Below are positions 48,421 through 51,552 of a stretch of 51,552 nucleotides of DNA, in pieces. The position numbers and the translations under genes are program-made. Positions within the stretch are counted from its first letter, which is position 1; every line of letters starts with the position of its first letter. Origin of the DNA: Pelomyxa schiedti. Taxonomy: Eukaryota; Protista; Evosea. The notes beneath the pieces were generated by a model. The model was not told the DNA's origin and searched no databases. It saw nothing but the letters and a program-made list of their open reading frames with translations. The stretch lies in NCBI GenBank assembly GCA_020536535.1, contig JAHLWZ010000600.1:1-51552 (forward strand), written 5' to 3'.

Positions 48421-50595
48421 TCTGGAATTGATCTGGAATTCACTCGTTTTCACGTGCTGTTGCAACCCTTCCAGAAGATACAGTACGGTTTGCGTAAAAC
48501 TACTCTCTCTGATTCTCAGTCACATACAACAGGAATTGTATGTTTGTTGTACTCCCGAATGGCGGCTATCTCTGAGAGTTGATTAGCTTCATCAAGCCGT
48601 AGTTTTTGTTGGTTCCAAGTTTCCTCGTTTTCCTCCGTTGTCATTCCGAAAGGTAAGAGCCATTCATTCCCTCCAATGCAATAAGACTGACACGTTGTTG
48701 AAAATAGGCAATAAATAATCCAACGAGATTCACTCGGAAGTTGTTGTTGCTTCACCGCCAGTGCTGTGAGTTATCAGAAATGGCTCCTGTACAGCTGCGT
48801 ACACAAACCACCATGCAGTGGGCTCCATAGTATCTGTCTATCGGCGCTGGTGGCATAGGCTGTTCGACACTGTAATTTTTCCGGTGACACCAGAGCCTCT
48901 GTCTGGCCAAGAATCTTTTAATACAAATAAAGCAATAAATAGCCAGTTACCAGCCCCAACAAACATCTTGAAGGGACACACCATTCATTAAATTGTCAGG
49001 GAACTTTCCATCAGACATCTGAAATTGAGTTCTTTAGTGTTGGGAAGTGTTGTCAAGAGGATAACCTCGAGTTGTGTTCCTTCAGTTTCTTTGTTCCTCC
49101 ATTCCCTGCAGTGTTGGTGCAATTTTCGGAGTAAAATGAAATCACGACGTGCAGTTGTAACAGGGAGCAACAAGTCCCCACACAGGGTGTGTAGATTCCT
49201 CATAAAGAAGCAGCAATGGCGACAAATGTTCAAGTCTTTCGGAAGTGTAGGTTCAACGAGTGTGATGAATAACGATATAAGATTGAATGCTCAGGAAGAG
49301 AACCTTTTTGTTTTGAATGAAAGTCTTCACTCCGGGAACTTTACCTTGGAGAAGGAAGATTCCGCGATGCAGTGTCCGTTGGTCCGCCACTGGATTCATT
49401 TTATACTCCTCAGGCCAAGTCTGAGAATAGCCATTGCTTTCCTTTTGTATTTAGCAAGTATGGCACCTCCCCACAGACTTGATGTGCCACACTTTCAGAC
49501 TATGGGCACAGGGGGGTGGGTTGGCCATCAAATAAGTCCAGCACTCTGAAAACGGTCGTCTGATTTCAGAAGCTTCAGGGTGGAGTTGGATGTCTCAGTG
49601 TAGACGCTGATTTAGCTAAATGTGTCAATGTGACAACCAAATCCGCCAATTTATCTTCAGGCATGTTGTTATTTTATTTTATACTTCAGAAGAGTTGCAA
49701 CTGTCAAAGCTCTGTCAAGCGGAGCAGACTTGGGAATTTCTTCCTCAAATTTTGTTTTCAACCTTCAAGTTATTTATTTCTTGTCTATGAAGTATAAAGG
49801 AGAATTACTTTGCTATTTCCAGTGTACAGAGCGTGTTCAATCGGTATTACACTGTTGGAGTCGATGACAGTGTAATTCACAAGAAGGGTCGTATCACCTG
49901 TAAACGTGTAAAAAAATCACCAAAAATGGAGCTGCCCTACAACCTTTCACATGGCTATTTTGACTTTCTCAACTACACTTGCACGTACTCGTTGTTCATT
50001 ATCCCCCCTGAAATCACCAACACAGCGCACTGAGGTTGTTGGGTTGCTTCGTCACAGAGTCCAAGGTGAAAAGTTGAGCCACAGCCACCCGGTTCTCCAT
50101 TGTATATCCTTCACCCATAGAGCTTCGCAACTTCTTCTCTTGGAATATGGTACAAAAGTGGAAAGAAGTTCTTTGTTTGGTGCTTGTTGGAACTGTATCT
50201 GTATCTACGTTGGTCCCATATATGCAACATTTACAGTGATGTTAGAAACTGATTTCCTGGGTATCTTTTCTCCTTGCCTTGTGCCAAGAACCTCAATCAA
50301 GGTTGTGAGTTGGTGGTCCACTTTGCATATCAGTGCCATCACAGATACCACCCCCATTTTCCAAAACGGAAACGGTCGGTCGTTACGGAAAAAAAAAGGG
50401 TTGACACATAAAAAAACCTCGACGGGCAGCCGACAACGGACAATTTGGGGCAGGGCGGTACCCTCCAACGTGAACGCGTACTGCACTGTTGTTTATCAAC
50501 GGCAACAGTCGTTCCACCTTTTATGGTCTAGCGATGGCACCGAAAAAAAATCAAAATTGATAATTGCGAACTTGTCAGTTCGTTGAACGAAACTC

Positions 50596-51552
50596 ATGGC
50601 AACGACATCAACCAAGGCGGGGCGCGCCCTCGTTACTGGACCGGTGGGAGTGGGAAAAACTACTCTCATCGAATCGTAGGCTTTTTCGTCATTTAAGAAA
50701 AATGAGAATATATTTTTCCCTGTTGCCCCTGTTTCTCTTACTGGTTTTCAAGGTACTGCAGTGGGTGCTGGCGAGAATATTCATACGAGGGATCACTAGA
50801 GCCCTGTGTGTGTATTTAACCTAATTTGTTTCTGCTTCCCCTTTTTCCCTTACCGAAACCAAAAAGTGGAGGAAACAAGTTACGGTTGGTGGTACTGCAG
50901 TGATCTTGGATTTGGAGGAGAGGTTATTGCTCCACCAAGTATATATCTTGCTCTCTAAACACAACTAAAGCTACGGACAAGAGGAGTTCTCAGCAATGCG
51001 AGAGGCGCTGTATGTTTGCTTGGCCTGGTTCTTTTGTTGAGAATCTCATCTTTGATTTAGTATCAGAAGAGCAAATGTTATTTTGATTTGTTTCTCCGTT
51101 GCGGACAGGGATTCTTTTGTTGAGGCAATAGATACTTTTTATCCAATGGTAGATAGAGTTGTCGAAGGACAGGTTTCCCTTTGTTTCCTGTAGTTGTTTT
51201 CACCCTCACATCTCTCAAGAGGCTGATTTTTCTTGTTGGCTTAAAGTTAGACCTTGTTGGCACATCAGGTGCTTGGTTTTGTTTTCCGTAGTTTTGTTTC
51301 CTTAGTCAGTTGTTCCTGAAGGTACTTTTGTTACATTTCAGGAAGGGATTTCAGCAGCCATTAAAATTCAGGCCTATGCTTATTTTCAATGCAGGTTGAA
51401 TTCCACATTGTTGAGATCTTCTGATGGATAACTAGTTCAAAGAAGTATATTGGCTTGAATCACCTGTTCGACGAAGTGGCAAAGGCTGGTCTGTTCTCTA
51501 CTGAGTCAGATACAAAAGTCTCAAAGAAATCTGGATTTTTTGGGTTCTTCTC
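50596..51552 (+). CDS. Atypical Ras-superfamily small GTPase, 3'-incomplete
   Basis: ALVTGPVGVGKTTLI (G1), WRKQVTVGG..VILDLEESYGQEEFSAMR, ILICFSVADRDSF, LVGLKLDL and YAYFQCS..GLNHLFDE across 7-8 short exons. Confidence 0.85.

Noticed and set aside
48420-50590. ORFs 49025-49549 and 49951-50586 and fragmented minus-strand frames
   Set aside because: Non-ATG starts, frequent stops and no motifs; possibly an old transposon or pseudogene relic, but unsupported.
1-51552. CRISPR array, rRNA, tRNA or operon-type systems
   Set aside because: No regularly spaced repeats with unique spacers and no recognisable structural RNA; the sequence is spliced eukaryotic DNA.
1-51552. Alternative genetic code
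   Set aside because: Conserved genes end in TAA (N6AMT1, TMEM43), TAG (ARF) and TGA (aminotransferase, AP3D1); in-frame stops elsewhere fall in introns or pseudogenes.

Overview
This is eukaryotic, not prokaryotic, DNA. It is a compact, intron-rich locus (mostly 40-130 nt GT-AG introns, two probable GC-AG) with two 100-N assembly gaps (893-992, 15602-15701). The gene style and an expanded 'QFxAL...HPRCG' hypothetical family resemble the archamoeba Pelomyxa; that assignment is inference from recall, not from a search. Manual splicing recovers these apparently intact genes: a Sel1-repeat protein, an intronless HEAT+ankyrin protein with an F-box-like tail, TMEM43, a metallophosphoesterase almost invisible in the ORF track, a two-repeat beta-barrel protein, an ARF6-like GTPase, a CUB-like membrane protein, a class-V PLP aminotransferase, a Josephin deubiquitinase, N6AMT1/HEMK2, a secreted beta-rich protein, a polyQ 3xRRM protein, AP-3 delta, and an atypical Ras/Rho-like GTPase. 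The first 17 kb are heavily rearranged. They hold a frameshifted, truncated UBA3 copy, a Ty3/Gypsy pol remnant, opposed ABCB fragments, a duplicated TMEM43 first exon, and several copies of an unclassified dispersed element. That element has a fixed T-tailed right end, variable left truncation, an internal inversion and a coiled-coil ORF next to an F-box-like exon, and it is the best candidate for something undescribed. No rRNA, tRNA or CRISPR array is supported.
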